From assembly GCA_964645535.1 (NCBI GenBank), contig CAZYCQ010000027.1, forward strand, positions 1 through 42,561: DNA of 42,561 bases, given 5' to 3'. The notes under the pieces were generated by a model, which saw only the letters and a list, made by a program, of their open reading frames with translations, searched no databases and was not told where the DNA came from. This DNA comes from an uncultured archaeon. GTDB lineage: Archaea; Asgardarchaeota; Heimdallarchaeia; Heimdallarchaeales; Kariarchaeaceae. Positions 28,946 through 39,409 of the stretch are shown here, piece by piece. The translations under genes and the position numbers were made by a program. How positions within the stretch are numbered: the first letter of the stretch is position 1; each line of letters starts with the position of its first letter.

Positions 28946-29329
28946 TTGATGTGCTCATATGATGAAGGTTTCCCCGAAGACATCATTGAAGAATGGATTC
29001 AATTTCATCATCTACAAATGGAAAAGAATTTCAAGGTGGGGAAAGGTTTTATCGGGTTGACTTATCTTCTACCTCAGATTAACGTGGGAATAGTTGTTAC
29101 CAAATGGAAACGACCTATCACAATTTCGGTGATACATAAGGTGATGCGAGTGAAAGATTGGTTAAATCTCGATTCAATCATTTTAGTGGCAAGCAAGGTA
29201 TCCCATGTAGCTCGTGAAACAGTGGAACGTTCTAAAGAAAATGTTCACATCGTTACAATGGATAGATTGTCTGAACTTGCCATTTTTTTGTCCACAAAGG
29301 CAATCAAGAGGATAGAAACCTGTGCTTAG
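28946..29329 (+). CDS. Mrr-like restriction-endonuclease-fold protein, probably catalytically inactive
   Basis: IVVTKWKRPITISVI...IILVASKVSHVARE..VHIVTMDRL resembles the Mrr catalytic domain, but the D and E/Q-x-K acidic residues are not evident. Confidence 0.5.
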   Translation: MMCSYDEGFPEDIIEEWIQFHHLQMEKNFKVGKGFIGLTYLLPQINVGIVVTKWKRPITISVIHKVMRVKDWLNLDSIILVASKVSHVARETVERSKENVHIVTMDRLSELAIFLSTKAIKRIETCA

Positions 29330-29517
29330 TCTTTTGCGATGTTACCAAATCCATCACAGCGTTTGGCGATGTCATCATCCCTTCTCATGCATTTTCCTGT
29401 TTTGGTAACCCATCCATAGCAAAGACCGGCAGATTCCTTGTTTCCATCGTAAAGTTCACATTCAGACTTGAAATTTTCATCCTTATCCTTTGAAACATTC
29501 GGCAATGGGATACTCAC
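29326..29517 (-). CDS. Small Cys-rich protein (63 aa)
   Basis: GTG start with GAGGGT upstream, 4 Cys, fills the intergenic gap. Confidence 0.55.
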   Translation of the reverse strand: MSIPLPNVSKDKDENFKSECELYDGNKESAGLCYGWVTKTGKCMRRDDDIAKRCDGFGNIAKD

Positions 29518-29693
29518 AGTTTAACCCTCATATCTTCTTAACTATTCAGAGTATTTCAAGGTTTTTAGTCGTGATTGGTAATTTCTCTGTGTTTATATTC
29601 ACCAACATTTCATATCGTGAAGAATTTTGACAAGAGACATCTTGAATCCATTTTGATGGCTGAGTATTTTTTATCCCTCTTTCATTTGATCAA

Positions 29694-30830
29694 TTGATGA
29701 TATTAAATGAAGACCAAAAAATGATCAGGGATTCGATCCGTGAACTGGTTAACGACAAAATCAAACCTAGAGCTCGGATGTATGATGAGAAGGAAGTATT
29801 TCCCGAAGAAAACATCAAGGATCTGAGGGAAACTGGATTTCTCTACATGACTCTTCCTGAAAAATATGGAGGGATTGGCGCGGACATGTTGACATATGCA
29901 ACAACCTGTGAAGAGATTGCAAGAGGTTGTGCTGCAACCGCCACAATTTTTGCGGGAAACAATTCTCTAGGAATATCTCCAATACTTACTTATGGAAATG
30001 AAGAACAGAAAGAGAGGTTCCTTCCCAAGTTTGCGGAAGAAGGAGGTTTAGGTGCATTCTGTCTGTCAGAACCTCACGCAGGATCAGATCCGGCATCCCT
30101 TAGCACTCGTGCAAGATTGGAAGGGGATGAATGGCTAATCAATGGTTCAAAATTCTATATCACAAATGCAAAAGAGGCAACTGTCTTTATAGTCTTTGCA
30201 AGGTCAAATGATCAACCAGGTCATCGAGGGGTATCTGCATTTATTGTCCCTGCTGAAACACCGGGGATAACTGTGATGCCTCCTGAAAAAAAACTTGGAA
30301 TCAAAGCGAGTGTTACAAGTGCAATGACATTTGAAGATGTCAGAATTCCAAAGGAGAATCTTTTGGGTGAAGAGGGCAAGGGGATCAGAATGGCTTTGTC
30401 GATACTTGATAAGGGAAGAATTGCAGTAGCCGCTCAAGCAGTGGGAATTGCTCAGGCAGCTTATGAAGATTCAATTAAATATGCAAAAGAACGAACACAG
30501 TTCAATCAACCCATTTCAAATTTCCAAGCGATACAATTCATGATTGCAGATATGGCAACACGAATAGAAGCAGGAAGAACCCTTTATCAAAAAGCAGCAC
30601 TTCTTGTTGATAATGGAAAAAATTATGTGAAGGAAGCAGCAATCGCCAAGCTATATGCTTCAGAATCGGCCACATTTGTCACTCACCGAGCCATCCAGAT
30701 CCATGGAGGGGCTGGTTTCCTAAAAGATTTTGAGGTGGAACGGTATTATAGAGATGCAAGGATAACAGAAATCTATGAGGGAACTTCAGAAATCATGAGA
30801 CTAGTGATTGCCCGTGAAGCCTTGAAATAG
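29694..30830 (+). CDS. Acyl-CoA dehydrogenase (short/branched-chain type)
   Basis: FCLSEPHAGSD, INGSKFYITNA, KLGIKAS, GRIAVAAQAVG, IQIHGGAG, RDARITEIYEGTSEI. Confidence 0.95.
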   Translation: MMILNEDQKMIRDSIRELVNDKIKPRARMYDEKEVFPEENIKDLRETGFLYMTLPEKYGGIGADMLTYATTCEEIARGCAATATIFAGNNSLGISPILTYGNEEQKERFLPKFAEEGGLGAFCLSEPHAGSDPASLSTRARLEGDEWLINGSKFYITNAKEATVFIVFARSNDQPGHRGVSAFIVPAETPGITVMPPEKKLGIKASVTSAMTFEDVRIPKENLLGEEGKGIRMALSILDKGRIAVAAQAVGIAQAAYEDSIKYAKERTQFNQPISNFQAIQFMIADMATRIEAGRTLYQKAALLVDNGKNYVKEAAIAKLYASESATFVTHRAIQIHGGAGFLKDFEVERYYRDARITEIYEGTSEIMRLVIAREALK

Positions 30831-30983
30831 CATGTTATTATTATTACAAATTTGAGATGAAAATGTTACAATGATTACGCATTTGTCCAGAATCTGATTC
30901 ATTGCTCACTCTAAGAGATATGGGGGATGAAAGATTCTTGCAACATGATTAATTTTAAAACGCCTAAATCAAAGAATCTCTGT

Positions 30984-32303
30984 ATGGAAACAAGTTTAGC
31001 GAAGTCAGGTTTAGAACATCTAAAGAAACATATCCTTGTGGATGGCTATCCCTTCATTCTGGATTTGGAAAAATCTTTTGGATCAGAGCTCTATGATTCT
31101 TCAGGCCGTCGGTTTTTGGATATGATGTCCTTCTATGCGTCAATGCCACTTGGTATGAATCATCCGATTTTTAATGAACCTGAGGCAAGGCATGAGCTTC
31201 TTCTTGCTGCAAAAAATAAAATATCAAACAGTGATTTCTACACTGAAAGCTATATCGACTTTGTTGAGACATTCGCTAAAATTGCAGTTCCATCTTCCTT
31301 CCCACATATGTTTTTTATTTCTGGAGGAGCACTGGCCGTTGAAAACGCATTGAAAGCGGCGTTTGATTGGAAAGTACGAAAGAATCTCGGCAATGGGAAG
31401 GGAGAAATTGGTCACCAGGTCATTCATTTTAAGGAGGCCTTCCACGGCAGGTCAGGATACACACTTTCGTTAACCAATACGGCAGACCCAAGAAAATACA
31501 TGTATTTCCCAAAATTTGATTGGCCACGAGTCATCAATCCCAAGATAACCTTCCCATTGGAAGAAAATATAGAAGAGGTTCGTAAACTTGAAAGGAAAGC
31601 ACTAGATCAAATTCAGACAGCCATAGAACAAAGGGGGGACGATATCGCTTCGATCATAATCGAACCTATTCAAGGAGAAGGCGGAGACAATCACTTCAGA
31701 GATGAATTTTTTGTTGAACTTAGAAGAATTGCAGATGAAGCAGAAACAATGCTCATTTTTGATGAGGTTCAGACAGGGCTTGGGTTGACAGGAGAAATGT
31801 GGTACCTCAATCATTTACCGATTCAACCAGATTTGGTCTCATTCGGTAAGAAAACGCAAGTGTGCGGCTTTTTCTCAAATAAGAGGATTGAAGAAGTAGA
31901 AGGACATGTCTTTGAAGAATCATCTCGAATCAATTCTACATGGGGAGGAAATCTTGTGGATATGGTAAGATCAAAATATTATTTGAGAGTTATTGAAAAC
32001 GAAAATATTTTGGCAAATGTGAAAAAACAAGGAGAATATCTTGACAAATTGTTGCATGAGCTTTCAGAAACGCATGAAGGAATTATTTCCAATGTAAGAA
32101 GGAAGGGGCTTTTTGCAGCTTTCGATCTCCCTCATATGGAAAGCCGTGATCAACTTCAAAAACAGCTTTTTAAGGATGGGGTGTTGATTCTCAAATCGGG
32201 TGTACAGTCAATTCGTTTCCGTCCTGCATTGAATGTCCAAGAAGAGCAGCTTGATGAAGCAGTTGGGATTATTGGCACTGCAATTAAAGCAATTAAACTT
32301 TAG
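30984..32303 (+). CDS. lat: L-lysine 6-(epsilon)-aminotransferase (class III PLP)
   Basis: HILVDG, GALAVENALKAAFDWK, FHGRSGYTLSLTNT, EPIQGEGGDNH, DEVQTG, FGKKTQVCG, SRINSTWGG. Confidence 0.92.
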   Translation: METSLAKSGLEHLKKHILVDGYPFILDLEKSFGSELYDSSGRRFLDMMSFYASMPLGMNHPIFNEPEARHELLLAAKNKISNSDFYTESYIDFVETFAKIAVPSSFPHMFFISGGALAVENALKAAFDWKVRKNLGNGKGEIGHQVIHFKEAFHGRSGYTLSLTNTADPRKYMYFPKFDWPRVINPKITFPLEENIEEVRKLERKALDQIQTAIEQRGDDIASIIIEPIQGEGGDNHFRDEFFVELRRIADEAETMLIFDEVQTGLGLTGEMWYLNHLPIQPDLVSFGKKTQVCGFFSNKRIEEVEGHVFEESSRINSTWGGNLVDMVRSKYYLRVIENENILANVKKQGEYLDKLLHELSETHEGIISNVRRKGLFAAFDLPHMESRDQLQKQLFKDGVLILKSGVQSIRFRPALNVQEEQLDEAVGIIGTAIKAIKL

Positions 32304-33210
32304 GAAGAAGATTTTCAAGATTTTTATAGAAAATTTGATCAATTTGTTGTTGGTTCAGGTTCAGATCGTTGCAAACAGCAAGTTGAGTTTTAAAGATTGC
32401 AGATCTCCAACCTCTCGGGAACATGGTGGAATCTGTTCCAAAAATGATTTTTTGTGCACCTTTCAAAGAAATGATTTTTTCGAAGACATCCTTCAATTCA
32501 ATTTTGTAAGGGAGGTAATGAATCCATTTGTTGCTACTGCTACTTTCAGCATAGACATTGTCTACATGATACATCAAAAAGAGGAGTTCTCGGAAATAGC
32601 CAGTCGCAAAATGGGCAAACAGGATATCCAATTTTGGAAAATTCCTAGCAACTGGAGACACGTCAGTTGGATTCATGAAACGAAGATCCGCATACTTCCC
32701 AATTGAAACACCCATATGATAAGTAACCAATAAACCATTGTCTTCGCAGAATTCGTAAAGAGGAGTCAGTCTTTCGTCATATGCATGGTAATAATGGCTG
32801 GGTGGATAGAGTTTGATTCCATGAATTCCAACTTTTGAATGGACATTTTCAACGAAAGCAAGAGAGTTTTCCAATGTCGGATTGATCATGAGGAAACGAA
32901 TAAATCTATCTGGATAGTGTTCTGCAGCTAGCGTAACAATTGAATCATCATTCCAATCTGGAAGAATGAGAGCCTTGTCAACATTGTTCTTGTTAAGTTC
33001 ATCTATCCACATTTTCAATAATTCCAAATCGTTCTTTGGTGGAAGAACGAAGGATTGACCCACCCTATCTGACATATAATCCACCAATTGGTCAAGGGAA
33101 GTAAATCCCATTCGGTTTGCCCGTTTCTCCATCCCTTTATAATTGAAAATATGAAGATGTGCGTCATAAAGCCTTTTGGGAGTAATCCAATCATCTATTG
33201 AGATGCCCAT
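32293..33210 (-). CDS. Amidohydrolase family 2 protein
   Basis: DAHLH, GIKLYPP, YHMG, AHF, FGTDS. Start is 33210 or 33273. Confidence 0.85.
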   Translation of the reverse strand: MGISIDDWITPKRLYDAHLHIFNYKGMEKRANRMGFTSLDQLVDYMSDRVGQSFVLPPKNDLELLKMWIDELNKNNVDKALILPDWNDDSIVTLAAEHYPDRFIRFLMINPTLENSLAFVENVHSKVGIHGIKLYPPSHYYHAYDERLTPLYEFCEDNGLLVTYHMGVSIGKYADLRFMNPTDVSPVARNFPKLDILFAHFATGYFRELLFLMYHVDNVYAESSSSNKWIHYLPYKIELKDVFEKIISLKGAQKIIFGTDSTMFPRGWRSAIFKTQLAVCNDLNLNQQQIDQIFYKNLENLLPKV

Positions 33211-33273
33211 TGAAACCGAATATAAGAATGTCTTTTTGTTCCTTTCTATTAGGTAGACTAATAATTCCTTCAA

Positions 33274-35850
33274 TTAATCGTGCTCTTCTGTTTCATCATC
33301 TATTTCTTCGTCTACATCATCAGTTATTTCAACATCAGAATCATCAACTTCTGCTTCTTCTACCTCTTCAATTTCTGAATCATCGACAATTAGGGAGGCA
33401 AAAACCAATTTCTCCTTTTGGGTCAATCTCATTACTCTTACCCCCTGAGTATTTCTTCCCATAATACGAATGGTATTGACATTAACCTTGATGATTTTTC
33501 CAGAACTGCTGATTAGAGAAATTGGGATAACTCCTTCAACATCAGGGACATAAAGAGAAGCAGTTACATATCCGTTTTTGTTTGTAATCTTGATGTTTTT
33601 TACTCCTTTTGCCCCTCTTTTGGTGATTCTGTATTTAGAAAGATATGTTCTTTTGCCATAACCCTTTTCTGTTAGAGTTAGGACTGTTGCCGTTTCAAAT
33701 TTATCTTTGGGGACAGCAAAGGAAGAAATCACCTCATCACCCGGTTCCTTGATGGAAACACCTATTACACCTTGAGCCACTCTTCCCGTCAATCGTGCCA
33801 ATTTTTCTTCAAACACACAGGCATGGCCGAACTTAGTGGCCATGAAGATGTAGGAATCGCCATCAGTAATGAAGGCATCCGCGACGGAATCATCTTCTTC
33901 TTTGAAAAGGAGACATTTTATACCGTTCTTACGGATATTCCTGAATTTGTCCAATGTGGTTCTTTTGATAATACCATGTTTGGTTACCGTCACCAATACT
34001 TTCTCATTGGTAAACTCGTCTTCTTTTATAGGAACAATCTTCTTTACACGGGAGGAAACTGGGAGATAGGTATTCAATTTTCGTCCCTTTTGGGTTCTTT
34101 TACTTACTTCGATCACTTCAAAAGCAGGGATCTTGTGAACAATTCCTTCTTCGGTAATCAAGAGGAGATCATCCTTATTGCTGGCAATAGTGAAATCAAG
34201 TAGTTGTTCATTTTCATTTAAGGGGACTCCGATCACACCAACACCAGCCCTACCCTGCACTTTGAATTTCTCGAAATCAATAGATCGGAGATAGCCTTCA
34301 CTGGTTGAAGTTATCAAAAGTTTCCTTTCATGGAGCAATTCCCTATCGTTAGTGAGGTCAATCTCATCGTGTTCGAGGATGGTTGTCCGTCTGGAATCAT
34401 TGTAAGTTTGTTTAATCTGAAGAAGTTCTTCCTTGATCACCTCAAGTCTACGAGTTCTGTTATTGATGATTTCTTGGAGGAACAAAGCTCTTTCTGTTCT
34501 AGCTTCCGCTTCTTTCTGTAAGTCATCCTGTTCAACCCTTGCCAAACGTGCAAGAGTCATATCCAAAACTGCCTTGGCCTGTTTATCTGAGAGATCGAAA
34601 GAGTTCATCAGATTTTGTTGTGCCTCTGAACGGTTTTCAGATGCCCGTATCATGGCTATGATTTCATCAATATGCTGGGATGCCTTTATCAGACCTTCAA
34701 GGATATGCAGACGAGCCATTACCTTCTCTAATTCTTCTTCTGATCTTTTCAGAACGACATCTTCTCTGAAATCCAGAAAAATTGAAAGAGCCTGCTTTAG
34801 ATTCAGGGTTCTGGGTCTTCCATAGACAAAGGCAAGGATACGACCATGGAACATTGTTTCTAGATTGGTCCTCTTGAAAAGTTGGGCTTGAACAGTCCTT
34901 AAAGATTCATCATCACTATATCCTTCTTCCACAACAATCTCGATACGTATCTTATCTTTCGATAAATCCCGGACATTGGTAATTCCCCTGATTTTTCCAG
35001 AGTTGATGAGTTCGGCAATCTCTTCAATCAATGAAGTCTTATTAACGAAATAGGGAATTTCATCAACCACAAGCATAGGTTCCTTAACTTTGTGCGTGTC
35101 TGGTCTCTCAACGTGGATACGGGATCGTAATCTGATGCTCCCTTTTCCAGTCCTATAGAGATTCTCAATACCCTTTGTCCCAACGATCAGGCCACCTGTT
35201 GGGAAGTCAGGACCTTTGACATAAGTCATTAATTCATCAATGGTAATCATTGGGTTGTCAATGATAGCCACAGCCCCATCAATCAATTCACCAAGCTGAT
35301 GGGGAGGGATATTTGATGACATTCCCACAGCGATTCCTTTTGCCCCATTTAGCAAGAGATGTGGAACACGAACAGGAAGAACCGTTGGTTCTCTTTCCTC
35401 GCCATCAAAATTATCCACAAATTTGACAACCTTTGGAGATAGATCAGCCAACAATTCCTGGGAAATCTTTTCAAGTCGAGCTTCAGTATACCTCATGGCA
35501 GCTGGTGGAAAACCGTCAATGCTTCCAAAGTTACCCTGCCCTTCAACCAGTGGATAACGTAATGACCAATCTTGAGCCAATCTTACCAAACTTTCGTATG
35601 TTCCTCCTGCATGAGGATGATATTTGCCAGTTACTTCCCCAACAATTCTTGCACATTTCTTGAAGCTTGAGCGATGGGTCAGGCCTAAGCCGTACATTGC
35701 ATAGATTATTCTTCTATGGACAGGTTTCAGTCCGTCTCTTGCATCGGGAAGCGCCCGATCAGAGATAACATATCTAGAATATTCTCCAAAACCATGTTTG
35801 AGTTCATTGGTTAATGTGCTTTCTCTAATAAAATCTTCAGCCGTTGTCAT
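33274..35850 (-). CDS. gyrA: DNA gyrase subunit A
   Basis: [31 protein letters not shown] active site, GPDFPTGG, GyrA-box-like QGRAGVG, C-terminal pinwheel repeats, acidic tail. Confidence 0.96.
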   Translation of the reverse strand: MTTAEDFIRESTLTNELKHGFGEYSRYVISDRALPDARDGLKPVHRRIIYAMYGLGLTHRSSFKKCARIVGEVTGKYHPHAGGTYESLVRLAQDWSLRYPLVEGQGNFGSIDGFPPAAMRYTEARLEKISQELLADLSPKVVKFVDNFDGEEREPTVLPVRVPHLLLNGAKGIAVGMSSNIPPHQLGELIDGAVAIIDNPMITIDELMTYVKGPDFPTGGLIVGTKGIENLYRTGKGSIRLRSRIHVERPDTHKVKEPMLVVDEIPYFVNKTSLIEEIAELINSGKIRGITNVRDLSKDKIRIEIVVEEGYSDDESLRTVQAQLFKRTNLETMFHGRILAFVYGRPRTLNLKQALSIFLDFREDVVLKRSEEELEKVMARLHILEGLIKASQHIDEIIAMIRASENRSEAQQNLMNSFDLSDKQAKAVLDMTLARLARVEQDDLQKEAEARTERALFLQEIINNRTRRLEVIKEELLQIKQTYNDSRRTTILEHDEIDLTNDRELLHERKLLITSTSEGYLRSIDFEKFKVQGRAGVGVIGVPLNENEQLLDFTIASNKDDLLLITEEGIVHKIPAFEVIEVSKRTQKGRKLNTYLPVSSRVKKIVPIKEDEFTNEKVLVTVTKHGIIKRTTLDKFRNIRKNGIKCLLFKEEDDSVADAFITDGDSYIFMATKFGHACVFEEKLARLTGRVAQGVIGVSIKEPGDEVISSFAVPKDKFETATVLTLTEKGYGKRTYLSKYRITKRGAKGVKNIKITNKNGYVTASLYVPDVEGVIPISLISSSGKIIKVNVNTIRIMGRNTQGVRVMRLTQKEKLVFASLIVDDSEIEEVEEAEVDDSDVEITDDVDEEIDDETEEHD

Positions 35851-35866
35851 CTATCAAATCCCATCC

Positions 35867-37987
35867 TTAAAATTGAGGTTCATGAGTCCAATCCTCTAGC
35901 TGAGAGATCAAATCAGCTGCGAGGATCGCTTGATCAGTTTCCAAGTCCTCTTCCACCTCATCAAGATCCAAATCACCATTTTTTTCTTCTTCAAATGCAA
36001 GAGTATAGAATTCACCAAATCTATGCTCTTCTTCTTCAGAGAACACTTCTTCATTGATGAATTTCTTTCTTCCCGCGATATCATCCCCCATCAACTTGGT
36101 AATCCACCTTTCAGTTTTAGCACTGTCTGCGATGATCACTCGTTCAATACGCCGCGTCATTGGGTTCATTACAGTTTCTTCCAATTGATCCGCATTCATT
36201 TCACCAAGACCCTTGAAGCGAGAGACCACAATGTCCTTTGTTGAAAGGTTCATATCATTGAGGGCAATCTTGAGAGCTTCCAAATCCCTGTCGGAAGTCA
36301 AATACACATAGGGTTTTCCAGATAGTTTAATGGATTTGGGAGAGAATTGGACTTTATAGAGAGGAGGTCTTGCCATATAGACATACCCTTCTTCTATGAG
36401 TGGTCGCATATGTCGATAAAACAGAGTAAGGAGTAATGTTGCTATATGAAGTCCATCAACATCGGCATCTGTCAGAATTACGATTTTTCCGTATCTTAGT
36501 TTAGAGATGTCAAAATCATCATCAATTCCTGTTCCCACTGCGGTAATGATGTTTCTGATTTCCGCATTATCCAGGATTTTGCTTAAACGTGCCTTTTCAA
36601 CATTGAGTACCTTTCCTCGAAGGAACAGAATTTCTTGGTTCTGGGCATCACGTGCCTTTACAGCCGTACCACCGGCAGATTGACCCTCAACGAGGAACAG
36701 TTCTCTTTTCATAGGGTCTTTTTCTCGGGATGCGTAAAGTTTTCCAGGGAGAGAAACACGGCTGGAGCCTGATTTCCGGATCAATTCCCTAGCTTTCTGT
36801 GCTGCAAGTCTGGCTCTACGAGAGAGAACTGCCTTTTGGATGATCGTTTTTGCATAGGTAGGATAGGTTTGGAGAAATTCCTTGAACTGCTTGCCAAAAA
36901 TTCCTTGAACGATACCGTCTACTTCACCATTTCCGAGTTTTGTTTTTGTTTGCCCTTCAAATTGGGGCTCGGGAACCTTGACGGAAATAATTGCCACCAA
37001 TCCTTCCCTGGTATCATCACCTCTGAGATTTTCCTCTTTGTCCTTCAATAGCTTATTCGTACGTGCAAAATCGTTTAAAGTACGTGTCAATGCAGTTTTG
37101 AATCCTGAAACATGTGTACCCCCCTCTCTGGTGTCGATATTATTGACAAACCCTTTAATCAATTCTTGAAAGGAATCCGTATAAGCCAAAGCTATATCTA
37201 CCTTGACTCCTTGTGCCTCACCTGTTGCTCGGAAAACTGGAGCATCCGGATCAAGTTTCTTCCGATTTTGGATGGTATCTTGGACAAATTGAACTATCCC
37301 TCCCTCAAAGTGGTAAACAACTTTCTTGGGTTCAGGTTTTCCGTCCTCTGTCTCCACAATTTGGCGTTCATCAATAAATTCAATGGTAAAACCTTCCGTC
37401 AGGTAAGCCAATTCCTTGAAACGACCGGCAAGAATATCGAAGTTGAACTCAGTTGTATTGAAAATCTCTGGATCGGGTTTGAAACGAATGAGAGTACCTC
37501 TTTTATCCTCCGGTTTTCGTTCCCGCGTTTGTACATCATACAGTTTTTTACCTCGGCTATATTCTTGCCAATAAACTTTTTTCTCACGAACAACTTCCAC
37601 ATAGAACTCTATGCTGAGCGCGCAAACTACGGATAAACCGACACCATGGAGTCCTCCGGAAACGGAATAGGCCTTTTTTCCGAATTTTCCGCCAGAATGG
37701 AGTTTGGTCAATATGACCTCCAATGTGGAGACACCATATTTCGGATGGATATCTGAAGGAATGCCTGCCCCATCATCCCTAATGGAGACTGAGCCATCCT
37801 GATGCAAGATTACCCGAGCCATGCTGCATCTTCCTGCCATGGCCTCATCCACACTATTATCAATTACCTCATAAACCAAGTGATGGAGACCTCGTGATCC
37901 GACGTCACCGATATACATTGAGGGTCGATGTCGAACCCCTTCCGTACCTTCCAATACTTGAATATCCGATTCATTATATTCTTCCAT
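35867..37987 (-). CDS. gyrB: DNA gyrase subunit B
   Basis: VRHRPSMYIG, EVIDNSVDE, LHSGGKF, SGGLHGVG, FEGQTK, TDADVDG, RFKGLGEM. Confidence 0.96.
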   Translation of the reverse strand: MEEYNESDIQVLEGTEGVRHRPSMYIGDVGSRGLHHLVYEVIDNSVDEAMAGRCSMARVILHQDGSVSIRDDGAGIPSDIHPKYGVSTLEVILTKLHSGGKFGKKAYSVSGGLHGVGLSVVCALSIEFYVEVVREKKVYWQEYSRGKKLYDVQTRERKPEDKRGTLIRFKPDPEIFNTTEFNFDILAGRFKELAYLTEGFTIEFIDERQIVETEDGKPEPKKVVYHFEGGIVQFVQDTIQNRKKLDPDAPVFRATGEAQGVKVDIALAYTDSFQELIKGFVNNIDTREGGTHVSGFKTALTRTLNDFARTNKLLKDKEENLRGDDTREGLVAIISVKVPEPQFEGQTKTKLGNGEVDGIVQGIFGKQFKEFLQTYPTYAKTIIQKAVLSRRARLAAQKARELIRKSGSSRVSLPGKLYASREKDPMKRELFLVEGQSAGGTAVKARDAQNQEILFLRGKVLNVEKARLSKILDNAEIRNIITAVGTGIDDDFDISKLRYGKIVILTDADVDGLHIATLLLTLFYRHMRPLIEEGYVYMARPPLYKVQFSPKSIKLSGKPYVYLTSDRDLEALKIALNDMNLSTKDIVVSRFKGLGEMNADQLEETVMNPMTRRIERVIIADSAKTERWITKLMGDDIAGRKKFINEEVFSEEEEHRFGEFYTLAFEEEKNGDLDLDEVEEDLETDQAILAADLISQLEDWTHEPQF

Positions 37988-38129
37988 TTAGTTCACCCAA
38001 GTCCTGCAAAAATTCAGAAGCAATCTCTCTACAACTTTATTTGTACATTAAGGAATAAAAGCACTTCCTCATTGCAACTTTATGGTAACCTTCAACACAA
38101 TCTATAGATGGCATTTTGTTTTAAAGATA

Positions 38130-38795
38130 TCATTCTTTCGCTTTTTGCACCACGTCAATTTTGGTTTCCAATAACTGCTTTAGATCTTTCATGCATTTGA
38201 TGTAAGTTGGGTCATCAATCTGGAATGCTCGGCGAACAATGTCCATGGCCCAATGGACATCTTTTCCTTGGTAATTAGGAGATAACTTCTCTGCAAGCTG
38301 CGAAAAGTAAAATGAGGAATTACGGGAAATTTTTGTCAGTAGGTTGGCAACTTTCTCTTTTTCGGTATCAGATAGACTAAGATCAAAGGTTTCATCCAAG
38401 GTTTTAGCCAAATTCTTTCCTTGTTCCTCATACATTTGACCTGTTTCGTCTGCTTCGTAGGCAATGATGAAGTTTCTTGCAGTCCTTCTGTAAAAAGTGA
38501 TAACAGAACGAACTTTTTTCACTTCTCTGGATTTTTCAACCAGTCCAGCTTCGATCAATTTGTCAATATGATGATATAAACGTTGAGGGGTGGTTTCTAG
38601 GATTTCCGCAATTTCACCTACACTCATGTCATAGGAGATTTTTGAGGATCCGTCCCTATAGTAGCCTTTTCTCAATACCCTAAGGATTTCCCTCCGAGTT
38701 GGATTGAGAAGGATTTTAATGACCTCAGGATCGCTTATAACTTGAACTTCAGGGATGTTTTTTTTCTTTGCTTGAACAGTACTTTCTTCCATCAT
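38130..38795 (-). CDS. ArsR-like winged-helix transcriptional regulator
   Basis: NPTRREILRVL, SVGEIAEIL, LYHHIDKLIEAGLV, FYRRTA. Confidence 0.85.
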   Translation of the reverse strand: MMEESTVQAKKKNIPEVQVISDPEVIKILLNPTRREILRVLRKGYYRDGSSKISYDMSVGEIAEILETTPQRLYHHIDKLIEAGLVEKSREVKKVRSVITFYRRTARNFIIAYEADETGQMYEEQGKNLAKTLDETFDLSLSDTEKEKVANLLTKISRNSSFYFSQLAEKLSPNYQGKDVHWAMDIVRRAFQIDDPTYIKCMKDLKQLLETKIDVVQKAKE

Positions 38796-39003
38796 GGTGC
38801 CTCAAATGGATATTTAGTTCACTTTCTAAGTGGGGATTAAGAAGATTTTTGCCTAAGGCAATATTAATTTGCAAACTCTAGTAGAATGTTAGAAATTGGG
38901 AATAGTCATCTGTTCCGACTAAAGAACTAAATTTGAATTTTGTTTGGAATGGTTTCTATTAGATTAATATACTTCAATTTCAAGTAGGGTTGAGGAATTA
39001 AAC

Positions 39004-39405
39004 ATGTCCGTCAGGGTTGACAAGAATACCGCAGCGAAATTGGCAAAAGAATTAAGGGCAATAACCCAAGAAGCGAAGGTTGATACGTTGGCAATTATCA
39101 CAACTACTGGTGCACGAGTAGCCTTCTTCACGAAATCAACAGCAGATCCTTCAGAATTTTCTGCAATTAGTGCTTCTCTTCAAAATGCCGCCAACCTTGC
39201 CGTCTCAAGGGTAGGTTTCGGAGAGACCACAGATATCATGGTTCGGTGTAAAAGCGGTTTTCTGATTTTGAGGAATCTTGGGAGGTTTATCTTGGTTGCT
39301 GGCGCCAGAAACATAGAAACGTTTACAACCAGTGCATCGGTTTTAGTTCAGCATTCACCAAACATAGATGAAATATTGAGTGTAATTCCTGAAGATCAAT
39401 ACTGA
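39004..39405 (+). CDS. Roadblock/LC7 domain protein
   Basis: LAIITTTG, EFSAISASLQNAANLAVSRVGFGETTDIMVRCKSGFLIL. Confidence 0.85.
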   Translation: MSVRVDKNTAAKLAKELRAITQEAKVDTLAIITTTGARVAFFTKSTADPSEFSAISASLQNAANLAVSRVGFGETTDIMVRCKSGFLILRNLGRFILVAGARNIETFTTSASVLVQHSPNIDEILSVIPEDQY

Positions 39406-39409
39406 AATT

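Noticed and set aside
33274-37987. Topoisomerase IV (parC/parE) or bacterial contamination
   Set aside because: A GyrA-box variant, full pinwheel and acidic tail are present, and the flanking genes are archaeal/Asgard-type with similar composition.
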